The notes: generated by a model not told the origin, from the letters alone. DNA of 49,296 bases from Phycisphaerales bacterium (GCA_027451365.1 DAIDJN010000062.1:1-49296); one strand, 5' to 3'; shown: positions 36,751 through 47,183, numbered from the stretch's first letter. Program-made: numbers and translations.

Positions 36751-38280
36751 TCAGGCCACGACCGGCATCGCGACATTTTCGGGCACGGGCCGACCGCCAA
36801 GCCACTGGCTGTGGAACGAAAGAAACCCGACATACAGATAGCCGGACATGAAAATAATCAGAAATGGAATGCAGAGCATCGCCCGCTGTGTGGCTATGGA
36901 AATGCCAATGCAAATCAACAGATACAGCGCCAGCAAAAGTTCCACATAGGCCAGCCAGTTGGCCTTTCGCTTGAATTTTACGGCGCGAACCTTCCAGGCG
37001 TCGCGGCTTTCCCCTGCGTCAATGCCATATTTTGGTGTACGGACAAATTCGCTTTGATGGCCAAAAAGCCCCTGCAGAACCGCCAGCGCATTGCCCAGGC
37101 TTATGCCCGTTCCCACCGCCATAAGCAGCGGTACCAGAAAAATGCAACGAACCCAATGCTGCTCAATTTCCCGCTGCGCCACCACATAAAACGTGCTGGC
37201 TGAAAGCGTTAGAACCGCAAACAGGCACATAAGTGTAACCCAGAGCACCGGTGATTGCGGTGACAAAATGCTTGGGCCGCCGAAATAAAATGTCGGAAAA
37301 ACCAGTATTGAAAGCAGCACCGCCAGCGGATAAGCCGCTCCAGCGGATAAATGAAAAAGTGCTTCCATTTTAACTTTCAACGGCAGGGACGAGGCAAGAA
37401 GCCGAGGAAGAATCTTAACGGCGGTCTGTGCATGTCCTTTAGCCCAGCGGTGCTGTTGCTGTTTGAAGGCGGCGATTTCCGGCGGCAGTTCCGCCGGGGA
37501 TGTTTCTTCAGATAGAAATACGATGCGCCATCCGGCCATCTGTGCGCGATAGGAAAGGTCCATGTCTTCGGTCAGGGTATCATGCTGCCAGCCACCTGCT
37601 GCCGCGATGGAAGTTTTACGCCATATTCCACCAGTGCCATTAAAATTAATAAATCGGCCGCTTCGGCTGCGGGCGGCGTGTTCAATGACAAAATGCCCAT
37701 CCAGAAAGATGGCCTGACACCGGGTAAGCAAGGAATGCCACCGGTTGAGATGTTCCCAACGGGTCTGCACGCAACCCACCGCCGGATCGGTGAAATAATG
37801 GATGGTATTCTTCAGCATCTGTGGTTGGGGAACAAAATCCGCATCGAAAATGGCAATGTATTCTCCGGTGGCCGTGGCCAGACCGTTTTCCAGTGCACCG
37901 GCCTTATAGCCTTGTCGATTGGTCCGATGAATGTACTCCACATTATGACCGGCGGCGGCCATTTTATGGCAGGTTTCGCGAGCAATATCCGCTGAATCGT
38001 CAGTGGAGTCATCCAGTACCTGTACCTGGAGAAGGTGTCGCGGATAATCCATTTTACATGCGGCTTCAATCACACGCGCCGCGACAAACCGTTCGTTAAA
38101 TAAGGGCAATTGAACCGTTATGGCGGGCCAATCGGCAAACCGATTCGCAGGCACCGGCTTGTTGCCCGATTTCCTGTAATACAGCACTACCTGCCAATAG
38201 CGATGAACCCCATATACCGTCAGCACGCCGAGCGCGAGCAAATACAAAGTGTTGAACATAAAACCCACGAATGCCGTCAT
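36751..38280 (-). CDS. Membrane glycosyltransferase family 2 (cellulose-synthase-like)
   Basis: QLPLFNE, QVLDDSTD, KAGAL, FDADF, TEDMDL, QQHRW (D,D,D,QxxRW); several TM helices. Confidence 0.95.
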   Translation of the reverse strand: MTAFVGFMFNTLYLLALGVLTVYGVHRYWQVVLYYRKSGNKPVPANRFADWPAITVQLPLFNERFVAARVIEAACKMDYPRHLLQVQVLDDSTDDSADIARETCHKMAAAGHNVEYIHRTNRQGYKAGALENGLATATGEYIAIFDADFVPQPQMLKNTIHYFTDPAVGCVQTRWEHLNRWHSLLTRCQAIFLDGHFVIEHAARSRSGRFINFNGTGGIWRKTSIAAAGGWQHDTLTEDMDLSYRAQMAGWRIVFLSEETSPAELPPEIAAFKQQQHRWAKGHAQTAVKILPRLLASSLPLKVKMEALFHLSAGAAYPLAVLLSILVFPTFYFGGPSILSPQSPVLWVTLMCLFAVLTLSASTFYVVAQREIEQHWVRCIFLVPLLMAVGTGISLGNALAVLQGLFGHQSEFVRTPKYGIDAGESRDAWKVRAVKFKRKANWLAYVELLLALYLLICIGISIATQRAMLCIPFLIIFMSGYLYVGFLSFHSQWLGGRPVPENVAMPVVA

Positions 38281-38417
38281 TCGATCTTAACCCTTTCCTG
38301 ACCCTGTCCCCTGACCCCTCGCGGTAACCACAGGCTTGCCGCAAAACCCGGCCGGTTGACGCTCGCCGCGCCGCCGTCCGCGCCTGACATCCTATAACCC
38401 GTGCCAACGCCATAAAG

Positions 38418-38446
38418 AGTTTAAGGCGATAGGACAGTCAGGTCAA
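38418..38446 (-). promoter_or_regulatory. Sigma70-type promoter for the GT2 gene
   Basis: TTGACC-N17-TAAACT. Confidence 0.55.
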
Positions 38447-38810
38447 TGCGTCGCGAATACGAAAAATACGTCTGCAGGCGCGATTTGGGGCATGAATGCG
38501 GTGCCTCCAACTGCTGATTGCTCAGGTGCGTGTCTTTTTGCGAAGGCGCTTCCGCAGCGGCTATTAATCGGTTACCGGCAGCCAAAATATGACCGGAATT
38601 AAAGACTTCTCATTGCCAACGCGAACAGAGTCCAATTTGCAATTAAATTGGTTGCAATCAACTTATGCCGTTACAATTTCCCGAAAGCTGGCGAGGCCAG
38701 GCGGCGGGCTTTGCAACCGGCTACCGACCAGCGATTCACGGGTTGTAACCCGGAATACGAACGTTACACCGCTGGCGCAACAAGACGCCCTTTATGCCTT
38801 CAGGAGCAAA

Positions 38811-39794
38811 ATGTCGAGATTACTGGCCGTATTTCAGGTGACGCGGGTCGCCCTGGCCTTCACTGCGGTGGCCGACGCTTGGACACTGCTTCTGCTGCGG
38901 ATTCCGGGGCAGGCGGCACCGCCGCATCTGGTGGGAGAACTTCTACTGACGGCGGCGGTCTCTTTTCTTCTTTACTGCTTTGGAATGTCGCTTAATGACC
39001 TCCTGGATATTCGGCGCGACCGCCTTTTTGCGCCCTGGCGAGCGCTGCCAAGCGGACGGATTTCGCCCGCGGCGGCAATCGTATTAAGCCTGTTTTGTCT
39101 GCTTGGGGCCTTATTTTCCGCCGCTTTGCTCGCGATGTATCAGACGGGCTTTCTGGTGCCGTTGTCACTGCTAATGGCGATTGTGACCGCTTCACTGATC
39201 CTTTTTTATAACGCTGTGGCTAAATTTTTAGGGTCAGTTGGAGTAATCACGCTGGGACTTATACGCGCAACCAACAGTCTGGTGGCGCGGCCCGAAAGCG
39301 ATTTTATGCTGCTGGCAATGTTTTTGTTTACCCATATAACAGTGGCCAGCCTGTTGGCTTATCACATGGAATCCAAGCGACCACGTTTAAAAATATATGA
39401 CCTGGCAATCGCTGGTTCGGCGCTCCTGATTATAAATGGCATCATGCTGATCTGGATGGCGTGGAATGGCTTATGGAACCATTGGCTGGTAATGCTGGCC
39501 GCGGGACCTGGCGTGGTGATGCTGGCCTATACACTCTGGGCTGGCTTTCGATATTTCAAACCCCGCCCCAACCGCCGAAAGCAGGGACAGCGCATTATTC
39601 TGGCGGGAATGTTTTTTTTGTTTCTTTATGACGGGGCTTTGCTGCTGGCCAACGGCCAAAAAAATGCCGCAATGCTGATTGCCCTGTGCGCGGTGCTTTC
39701 AGTAGCGGCGTTTTTTGCCATGCGAATGACCGGAAAAGGACTGAATATACGCCCTCAATACCGCGTGACGCGGGACTTCCGCCGACTGCGTTAG
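38811..39794 (+). CDS. UbiA-family prenyltransferase (EboC-like)
   Basis: GMSLNDLLDIRRD...P.R.LPSGRI Asp-rich motif; multi-TM. AGGAG RBS before ATG 38811. Confidence 0.82.
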   Translation: MSRLLAVFQVTRVALAFTAVADAWTLLLLRIPGQAAPPHLVGELLLTAAVSFLLYCFGMSLNDLLDIRRDRLFAPWRALPSGRISPAAAIVLSLFCLLGALFSAALLAMYQTGFLVPLSLLMAIVTASLILFYNAVAKFLGSVGVITLGLIRATNSLVARPESDFMLLAMFLFTHITVASLLAYHMESKRPRLKIYDLAIAGSALLIINGIMLIWMAWNGLWNHWLVMLAAGPGVVMLAYTLWAGFRYFKPRPNRRKQGQRIILAGMFFLFLYDGALLLANGQKNAAMLIALCAVLSVAAFFAMRMTGKGLNIRPQYRVTRDFRRLR

Positions 39795-40012
39795 CGTTTG
39801 CGATTCGGGTGATATTCCCGGTACCCGACTAAAAACCTGCCTTGTGCGATATACTTCATTCGCCGGTTGGTGCATCAGGTGGCTGACTGGGGCGTTGTAA
39901 CAGCGAAGCGGCGGTGAAAATCGGGGATGTCCTGACCGGCCGCGGTAAAGCGGGACCTGATTCGGAAGTCCGAAATTAGAAAGCATAAGAACAATTATTA
40001 TAAGGACGTTGC

Positions 40013-41032
40013 GTGAAAATTCTGGTCATCGGTGGCACAGGTCTGGTTTCCCGACCGCTGGCCAGCGCGCTGGCGCGGCAGGGCAATCATGTCACCATAT
40101 TTAACCGCGGAAAAACCGTTGGCGGCCCGGAAGTGCCCGTGGATTTCATAAAGGGCGACCGGAATAATCTGGGTGAATTTCAACAATTGCTGTCCGGTCG
40201 CGATTACGATGTGGTGATTGACATGGTCTGCTCCACCACCGCTCAGGCGCAATGCGATCAGCGCGTTTTCACCGGCAGGACCGGACATTTTATCTTCTGT
40301 TCCACAGCCGCTGTTTACGGCAACACCCAGACGGTTCTTCCCACGACCGAAGGCCAGATTCCGATGCCGATAAGCTCGGCGGCGAAGGAAAAACTTTCCG
40401 GCGAACGCATATTCATGGAAGCGCAGCGCAGCGGTCGCATGAACGTGACGATTTTTCGCCTTGGACAGACCTTCGGACCGGGTGCGGTCCTTTTGGATAA
40501 TCTTGGCCCGGCGGGCGGCTGCATTGACCGGCTGCGCCGCGGCTTGCCGATAGTGGTTTGCGGCGATGGCAACGGATTGAAACAATCCATTTATTGTGAC
40601 GATGCAGCGCGGGCAATTGCGCAAGCGGCGGGCCACCGGCGAACTTGGGGAGAAATCTACAACCTGGCCGGGCCGGATGTATTCACTTGGGATCAGTATA
40701 CGCAAAAGGTGGCGTCCGCCATTGGCGCGCCAGCACCACGCTTTTATCATATTTCGACCGACATGCTTTTGAAAATGGCTCCTGGCCGCTATCCCATGCT
40801 GGCCGAAGCCCACCGCTTCCATGCTGTCTATGACAGCCGGAAGCTGCACCGCGATCTGCCACAATTTTCGCACAGTGTGCCGTTTGAGGAAGGCATCCGC
40901 CGCAATGTGGCTTGGATGGATGCAAACCCCGGATTTTTACCCCCCTCCCGGCATACAGATCATGACCGCTGGATCAGTCGTTTTGAAGCCCTGACCGATG
41001 GCATCCGGTCCGGGGCATTGTCCACACAATGA
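40013..41032 (+). CDS. NAD-dependent epimerase/dehydratase family (extended SDR)
   Basis: KILVIGGTGLV, FNRG, IKGDR, FCSTAAVYG, GEIYNLAG. The usual YxxxK appears as SAAKEK. Confidence 0.9.
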   Translation: MKILVIGGTGLVSRPLASALARQGNHVTIFNRGKTVGGPEVPVDFIKGDRNNLGEFQQLLSGRDYDVVIDMVCSTTAQAQCDQRVFTGRTGHFIFCSTAAVYGNTQTVLPTTEGQIPMPISSAAKEKLSGERIFMEAQRSGRMNVTIFRLGQTFGPGAVLLDNLGPAGGCIDRLRRGLPIVVCGDGNGLKQSIYCDDAARAIAQAAGHRRTWGEIYNLAGPDVFTWDQYTQKVASAIGAPAPRFYHISTDMLLKMAPGRYPMLAEAHRFHAVYDSRKLHRDLPQFSHSVPFEEGIRRNVAWMDANPGFLPPSRHTDHDRWISRFEALTDGIRSGALSTQ

Positions 41033-43098
41033 CCGTATGGAGCAATCTCGTGATGATAAAAAATATCAGCCGATGGCAACGCCGGGTCATTTCCGCACTG
41101 CTTTTATTTGCAATATTGCCCGCATGGAATATCGTCCAAGGACGAGATATCGGCCCCGGCTGGCCTTACCGGCGACCTTTGTATGTGAATTTCGCGCGTT
41201 CGTCGGCACCGGGTTCCGCCATGGCCTGGGCGGAATTTTATACCAACAAGGCCCGACTGCCGAACGGAGCGGATTTGCGCGCCACCTCGGCCGACGGGCG
41301 ATTGCTTCCCATGCGGATAATGCGAATATCCCCCTCCGACAGTCTTGTGCGAATAGCATTCGACGCCCCCGCCGCCGGACGTTACTGGGTCTGGTGGGGC
41401 AATCCATCTCCAGGGGTGGCGGGACCCGCACTGAAAATAACCCGCGGTGTGCTGATGCAGATATACACTCGCGGGCGGGGCGCGGTGCGCACGCGCCAGG
41501 AAATGCGCCGAGCGTTTAAGAATCACAATCCAATCGGAGCCTATTTTATTTCATCCATATTTCAGCGGTATAACCCGATGGGGCCGATGAACAACGACCT
41601 GATCCGGTACAGCGGAGAACTGCACATTGTGCAGCCGGGACAATATGTGTTTGCCTTTGATGTGGATGGTGCAGGCTATGTGGATATGGATGGGCATGAG
41701 TTTCTGGAAAAGCGGGGGCTTGGATGGATGCAGGGACGGGTCCGGTTTAAACGGTCGATCCGTTTGAATGCCGGTTGGCATCGTGTGGTGGTGGGGCAAT
41801 TTCACCGATGGGGTGCCTCGGGTGTGGCGCTGGACTGGCGCTATCCTGGTGTGAAATATTTTTCGCCGGTGCCCCCCGCCGCATTTGCCCCCATAGCGAC
41901 GGCACGCGCTGGAGCGCTCCGGAAAACCGCCGGAGGTTATGCCGCCGACTTTTCCATTCGCCCACAGGCCCAGATTTTTGTTCCCGCCTCTCATTATTTT
42001 CAGCGGTACAGCTTTTCCGCACTGGTTCCCGCAAGCTTTTCCCCGTCAGTTACCTGGCGGTTTTCCGACGGGCAGCGTGCCAGCGGCCTTCAGGTGAATC
42101 ATATTTTTATGACGCCTGGAATTTACCGGGTGGCGATGCGTGTGAATCAGGCGGGCCACAGCTTTCGCACGTCGTTGCGCTTTGTAGTGAAATCTGAAAT
42201 GTACGCACTGTTTCCATTTCCGCCAGCCGACCCGCCAGTTCTGGTTGCCAACATTCTGAATACCTATCGAACCGACCGGCTGGATGCCGCACAGCTTTAT
42301 CGCGGAATTGAATTTTTTCATCGATATAACACCTACCATGGGTTGTCGCGGTGGGGATTGGCCTGGGCGCAATCGAAAGATCCGCAAAACGCCAAACAGG
42401 TAAAAAAAGCCGCCGGACTGATTGCCCGCGGCCTTGTGGCAAAGAACAATTTCGTTCAGGCCGCGACTATTTACCGGCTGGTGGCACAAAAAAGAATATC
42501 CGTGTTGGCCCAGAGCCGCGCTTTGCAGCATTATGCCGTGCTGATGTGCGACCATACAGACAGCGCCAACAAAGTGCTGGCCGTGCTGCAGGCATGGCGT
42601 AGCGGCCATCATCATTTGCCCGCTGCTGAAAAGCGGCTTATTTCCGTCGCGCTGGCCTATGCGGCTGTTGGAACGGGCAATGGAAAACTTGCCGCATCGT
42701 ATATTGCGGCCTCCGGTGGGTCGGCCATGGCCTACAGCGCGGCTGAAATTCGCCAGGGAGTGCTGGCTCGCAATGTGGAAAGCTATATTCAATCGAATCA
42801 TTTGCGCACGGCCCGCCAACTTCTGAATGAATGGGATGCGGATTTTCCCCAAGCTGTCATTAAAGGCTATACCAGACTGTTGCGCATGAAATTGCTCCGC
42901 CACGCCGGCCATCCCATGGCCACCGTGCGGATGGCTATGCAATTTGTGGCGGCTGAACCCAAATCATTTTACGCGGCACGGCTGCTTTACGAGGCCCGTT
43001 TGGCGGCCAATAACGCGGGGCATCGCAACAGAGCTTTGTTGATTTTCGCCAAACTTAAACAAAACTATCCGGAATCGCCCTATGCCTACAAAAAATAA
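41029..43098 (+). CDS. Secreted protein with PA14-like, PKD-like and C-terminal TPR-like regions
   Basis: Signal peptide; WPYRRPL..DLR N-domain; YSGELHI..PGQYVF..D.DG..LNAGWH (PA14); WRFSDG...HIF..PGIYRV (PKD); helical C-terminus ending L.QNYPESPYA. ATGA overlap with the upstream gene. Confidence 0.75.
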   Translation: MTVWSNLVMIKNISRWQRRVISALLLFAILPAWNIVQGRDIGPGWPYRRPLYVNFARSSAPGSAMAWAEFYTNKARLPNGADLRATSADGRLLPMRIMRISPSDSLVRIAFDAPAAGRYWVWWGNPSPGVAGPALKITRGVLMQIYTRGRGAVRTRQEMRRAFKNHNPIGAYFISSIFQRYNPMGPMNNDLIRYSGELHIVQPGQYVFAFDVDGAGYVDMDGHEFLEKRGLGWMQGRVRFKRSIRLNAGWHRVVVGQFHRWGASGVALDWRYPGVKYFSPVPPAAFAPIATARAGALRKTAGGYAADFSIRPQAQIFVPASHYFQRYSFSALVPASFSPSVTWRFSDGQRASGLQVNHIFMTPGIYRVAMRVNQAGHSFRTSLRFVVKSEMYALFPFPPADPPVLVANILNTYRTDRLDAAQLYRGIEFFHRYNTYHGLSRWGLAWAQSKDPQNAKQVKKAAGLIARGLVAKNNFVQAATIYRLVAQKRISVLAQSRALQHYAVLMCDHTDSANKVLAVLQAWRSGHHHLPAAEKRLISVALAYAAVGTGNGKLAASYIAASGGSAMAYSAAEIRQGVLARNVESYIQSNHLRTARQLLNEWDADFPQAVIKGYTRLLRMKLLRHAGHPMATVRMAMQFVAAEPKSFYAARLLYEARLAANNAGHRNRALLIFAKLKQNYPESPYAYKK

Positions 43099-43386
43099 TC
43101 GCGAACCACCGTTCGTGAAATGCAACTCTCGAATTGAGGCCAGGCGGGTTATCAGCCATCGGCCTGAAAGCAATCCGTCGTTAACTGCCGGGCCACCTTC
43201 GTCCCGATTTTCGCGTTCCGTCCTGCCGGGGTGCGTTCGACGATCTTGCGCGGCGACAGTGCGCGAAGGTCATTCCTTTCAACTTTTATGTGAACGTCAT
43301 GCGGCGCATCGCTCGGCAACCCATTTTCGATTATTGTCTGTCCACACGATGGCCAAACTATTCCCATCCTGAAAAAGGAGCCTGAT

Positions 43387-43857
43387 GTGACACACGAAAT
43401 GTCCACCCAACCCCCAGCGACCCGGTTGACTGATCCATCCTGCTTATTTTGTCGCATTATTGCCGGGGAAATTCCCTGCTACCGCGTGTATGAGGATGAC
43501 TGCGTACTGGCGTTCCTGGATATTGGTCCGGTCGTCACCGGGCATGTTCTGGTGATTCCCAAAGCCCATTATAAAAATATTTTTGATATTCCGGACCAGG
43601 TCATTGCGGAGGTCGCCGCCCGTCTGCCACGATTGGCCAATGCCGTGGCCGCAGCCACCGGTTCGACGGCGTGCCATATTCTGTTAAACAACGGTCCGGA
43701 GGCGATGCAGTCGGTTTTGCATCTTCACTACCATATTATTCCGCGGAAGGATGGCGATTCCTTTTTTGTACCCTGGAAACCAATACGGCTTGATTCCCGT
43801 GCGACAGAGCCTTTAATCAGCGCCATTCGGGATGCTTTGCAGAAACAGGCTGAATGA
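43387..43857 (+). CDS. HIT-family nucleotide hydrolase
   Basis: CLFCRII.GEIP, AFLDI.P..GHVLVIPK.H, QSVLHLHYHIIPR histidine triad. Confidence 0.96.
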   Translation: MTHEMSTQPPATRLTDPSCLFCRIIAGEIPCYRVYEDDCVLAFLDIGPVVTGHVLVIPKAHYKNIFDIPDQVIAEVAARLPRLANAVAAATGSTACHILLNNGPEAMQSVLHLHYHIIPRKDGDSFFVPWKPIRLDSRATEPLISAIRDALQKQAE

Positions 43858-43961
43858 CCTCCTAAAAGAAAAATAGTAAGTTTCGCCGTTGGGCGGCAAC
43901 TAAGGATAACTGAAGGTATTGAAAAATCTTCGCGGCAAATGGTTCCAAAATTCTTTGCAGC

Positions 43962-45614
43962 ATGAAAGGTACCCACAGAATGAATCATACGCTGAATTAT
44001 AAACACGCCGCTGCATTGCAGCTGTTGGGCCTTAGTGTCATGTTTCTTTCCATTTTGACCGCCGTCAGTGCAGGCCGATCGGTCACACTGCCTGCAAAGG
44101 CCGTGGTGAAAGCCCCGCCTCCGCCAAAGTCGGCGAAACCCGCAGCGTTCATGATAGGGCATATTCCGGCATCACATCCAGATGCAATTGTCGTTGTGCA
44201 CAACACATTGACCCTTGCCAATGGCAAGGTCTTGCACTACACCGTGCATACGGGTTATCTGCCGGTCACCAGTAAGCAGGGAAAATTGCAGGCGAAAATA
44301 TTTTTCATTGCGTATACCAAAGATATGCCCGCCGACCAGCGCGCCAACCGCCCGCTGACATTTTGTTTCAATGGCGGTCCTGGTGCTGGCTCGCTCTGGC
44401 TGAATTTGGGTTGCGCAGGCCCCATGCGTCTGGTCCTGACTCCCCGCGGCAACATTGGCCCCCCGCCATTCAGACTCAAATCCAACAGGCAGAGTTGGCT
44501 GCGCGATACCGACCTGGTGTTTGTAGACCCGGTGGGAACCGGTTTCAGCCAACCGGCTCCGGGCGTGCCAGGCGGCAAGTTTTATGGCGTAAGTCAGGAT
44601 GTGCAATCCGTTGCGAAATTCATCCGCTTGTACGTGACCATGTACAAACGCTGGGGCTCTCCCACGTTTCTGGCGGGCGAGAGCTATGGCACCACGCGGG
44701 CATGTGGATTGGCTGACTATTTAAGTGCCCATACCGGATTGGCCCTTAATGGCGTGATCCTGATTTCCTGCGCACTGAACTTTCAGATTCTTGAGCCGAG
44801 CCTGGGAAATGACACGCCCTATCCCCTGTTCCTGCCAAGCTATACGGCTGCCGCCTGGTATCACCATAAGCTTGCGCCGGACCTGGAAAAGCATTTCCAC
44901 AAAACATTGGCCGCCGCGGAGCACTTTGCGCTTCACACCTATATTTCCGCGCTGGCGAAAGGCAGTTCCCTGCCGCGGGCGGAAAAATTAAAGGTGGCCG
45001 CAACCCTTGCGAAATTGACCGGCCTTTCGGAAAAATTCATTCTGCTGGCAAATCTGCGGGTCGGTCCGGGTACGTTCGAACAGGCACTGTTGCGTGACCA
45101 GCGGCGCGTCATAGGCCGCATGGATACGCGCCTGACCGGATACAACGCACACCCGACCGGCGGCAGCGCATCCTGGGATCCGGCAATGTCCGAATTTATC
45201 GCACCCTTCACGAGTGCCTTTAACCAATATGTCCGCCAGGACCTGCATTACTCCAATGACCTTCCCTATAAAGCCCTGGCGGGAATTCCTTGGAATTTCG
45301 GTCCCGGCGGGGCCGGATTCCTGTTCGTGACCGACAATCTGCGAAACGCTCTGATCCGCGATCCATATATGCATGTACTTGTGTGCAGCGGATATTTTGA
45401 TCTGGCCACACCGTTTTTTGGAACGGTTTATTCCATGGATCATCTGAATTTGAGCCGGCGGCTTCAAAGCCATATCAAGGAAGTGTTTTTCCGGGGCGGC
45501 CACATGTTGTATCATCCCGCGGACATGCGGAAGAAACTCGCACGGGAAATTCACCAGTTTATCCTGAGTGCCGCCCATCAAAAGGCAAAACACCAGCATG
45601 CCGGAAGCTTGTGA
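43962..45614 (+). CDS. Secreted serine carboxypeptidase, peptidase S10
   Basis: FNGGPG, DLVFVDPVGTGFS, GESYG (Ser), GYFDLATP (Asp), GGHMLY (His). Confidence 0.93.
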   Translation: MKGTHRMNHTLNYKHAAALQLLGLSVMFLSILTAVSAGRSVTLPAKAVVKAPPPPKSAKPAAFMIGHIPASHPDAIVVVHNTLTLANGKVLHYTVHTGYLPVTSKQGKLQAKIFFIAYTKDMPADQRANRPLTFCFNGGPGAGSLWLNLGCAGPMRLVLTPRGNIGPPPFRLKSNRQSWLRDTDLVFVDPVGTGFSQPAPGVPGGKFYGVSQDVQSVAKFIRLYVTMYKRWGSPTFLAGESYGTTRACGLADYLSAHTGLALNGVILISCALNFQILEPSLGNDTPYPLFLPSYTAAAWYHHKLAPDLEKHFHKTLAAAEHFALHTYISALAKGSSLPRAEKLKVAATLAKLTGLSEKFILLANLRVGPGTFEQALLRDQRRVIGRMDTRLTGYNAHPTGGSASWDPAMSEFIAPFTSAFNQYVRQDLHYSNDLPYKALAGIPWNFGPGGAGFLFVTDNLRNALIRDPYMHVLVCSGYFDLATPFFGTVYSMDHLNLSRRLQSHIKEVFFRGGHMLYHPADMRKKLAREIHQFILSAAHQKAKHQHAGSL

Positions 45615-45711
45615 CCTGGCCGACGGTCAGCCGGAAATAAACGTGCGCGCCTGAATTCATTTTCCGTCGTGGGCCGGGGCTGGACCGAAAAGCAAATCCT
45701 GTCAAGAACCC

Positions 45712-45993
45712 CTAGGCATTGATTTGTCGCCCCAGAAACTGATAGCTTTCCACAATCGCCACGATGCAGGCATCCACCGGCAGCACCGGCTTAAAAGGAT
45801 TGGCCGCTTCGCGCCCCTCCTCATAAGCCACCAGTGAACCCGCCGAGGCCCCCACTACGTCTGCGGCCACAATGGTCCAGCGCACCGGCTGTTGATTGAA
45901 ATCGAGTGGTTGAATAAGCACCAGTCTGTGTGCATCCAGGCCGGCAACGCGAATGCGGGCCTCAATTCCACCAATCACTTTTCCAAGATACAT
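45712..45993 (-). CDS. eutN: Bacterial microcompartment vertex protein (EutN/CcmL, BMC-P) paralog 3
   Basis: MYLGKVIG, VAADVVGA..G..V...G, DACIVAIVE. Confidence 0.88.
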   Translation of the reverse strand: MYLGKVIGGIEARIRVAGLDAHRLVLIQPLDFNQQPVRWTIVAADVVGASAGSLVAYEEGREAANPFKPVLPVDACIVAIVESYQFLGRQINA

Positions 45994-46103
45994 GCATCAA
46001 CTCCACATGGATTCAATGTTTAAATCATGCCGCCGCAATCCGGCAGGCAAAGCGAAAATCGCGGTTCTGACCCGTGTTATGCCAGCCCAGTCGCCGCCGG
46101 TTG

Positions 46104-46385
46104 CTAGCGCGATTCTGCAGGGTTTGAATCGACAATGGCCACAATCGCAAGCCTGGCGGGACAATCATCCGTGGTTTTAAGCATCTCCTGAACCGCTCGT
46201 CCATCACTGGTTACCAGCACCAGTGTATCAACTCCCGCCCCCAGCGTGTCGACTGCAATTTGCGGGATTCCCATGTGTTGTCCGTTTGTCGCATCCACGG
46301 GCTGAATAATCAGCAGACGTGCGCCGCGAAGCGTGGGGTGCTTCGTTGAAGCGGTCAGCGTTCCTTGAACCTTGGCCATGAACAT
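46104..46385 (-). CDS. eutN: Bacterial microcompartment vertex protein (EutN/CcmL, BMC-P) paralog 2
   Basis: MFMAKVQG...ASTKH..L.G..LLI.QP, IAVDTLGAG...VLVTSDG, AIVAIVD. Confidence 0.92.
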   Translation of the reverse strand: MFMAKVQGTLTASTKHPTLRGARLLIIQPVDATNGQHMGIPQIAVDTLGAGVDTLVLVTSDGRAVQEMLKTTDDCPARLAIVAIVDSNPAESR

Positions 46386-46444
46386 AAGCGATCCGATACT
46401 CAAAATTCTAAAAATATCCCGCCTTTTCCGGCAGGACCGCCCCG

Positions 46445-46744
46445 TCAGCTTTTCCGGAAAATCGGTTGGCCGGCGGCATCGATACGATCGATCAGCGCCA
46501 CCACCACCGCGTCGGTTGCGCACGCCTTCATGCCGGGCGCAACCCGTGCGGAGCTACCTTGTGTCACCAGGACGATATCTCCCTCGCCGGCACCTAATTC
46601 GTCATTGGCGATGATCATATTCTGGCCCGGAACAAGCTGGCCATCTTTGATGACATGGGCATGGGTGACAACCAGCTTCTTACCGTCGAAGCCGGCATCT
46701 TTCATCGTGGCCACAACTTTACCCACAACTTTTGCAATGATCAT
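46445..46744 (-). CDS. eutN: Bacterial microcompartment vertex protein (EutN/CcmL, BMC-P) paralog 1
   Basis: MIIAKVVGKVVATMK, IANDELGAGEGDIVLVTQGSSAR, DAVVVALID. Confidence 0.94.
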   Translation of the reverse strand: MIIAKVVGKVVATMKDAGFDGKKLVVTHAHVIKDGQLVPGQNMIIANDELGAGEGDIVLVTQGSSARVAPGMKACATDAVVVALIDRIDAAGQPIFRKS

Positions 46745-46916
46745 GTTAGAAACTCCCGGCCCGCGGGCCTTTTAATTTCCGTAAGGTTCTAATTTTGCGT
46801 TCCAACGCGCCGACAGGCTGGCGGGTTGGCCAAGAGTCTGATTATCGCACAGCTTGCTCCGCCTGCCAAACGGCGTCAGGTTAAGTCGGCGGGTGCCGAC
46901 GCGTCGCACACCGTTC

Positions 46917-47027
46917 TGGGGCACACTGCATCAGGCGCCCAGGCACCGGGCTATATGTTCGATTGCGGACATAATAAAGCTGCATTTCTGGATCAGAGCT
47001 GTAGCCGCATTCGATTATTTCATTCGC
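46917..47027 (-). pseudogene. Orphan Rhs-associated core fragment
   Basis: ANEIIECGYSSDPEMQLYYVRNRTYSPVPGRLMQCAP versus ANEIIYCGYRFDPDTQLYYVRNRTYNPALGRWIQRDP at 48809-48919 (25/37 aa, 84/111 nt by hand count). Confidence 0.88.
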
Positions 47028-47030
47028 GCA

Positions 47031-47066
47031 GGAGGTATTGGAGGTATTGGAGGAATTGGATGTATC
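47031..47066. repeat. Degenerate 9-bp tandem repeat
   Basis: ggaggtatt ggaggtatt ggaggaatt ggatgtatc, directly next to the Rhs fragment. Confidence 0.7.
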
Positions 47067-47183
47067 GGGAGGACGACGGGCAGACAGGATGTCTGCACCA
47101 CAATTCTGCCGCCGGGGGCTTTGGCTGGCAAGCAGGCATTCCGAAAGCATTTCGTCAGTTGCAACCAAACGCGCGATCCCTTT

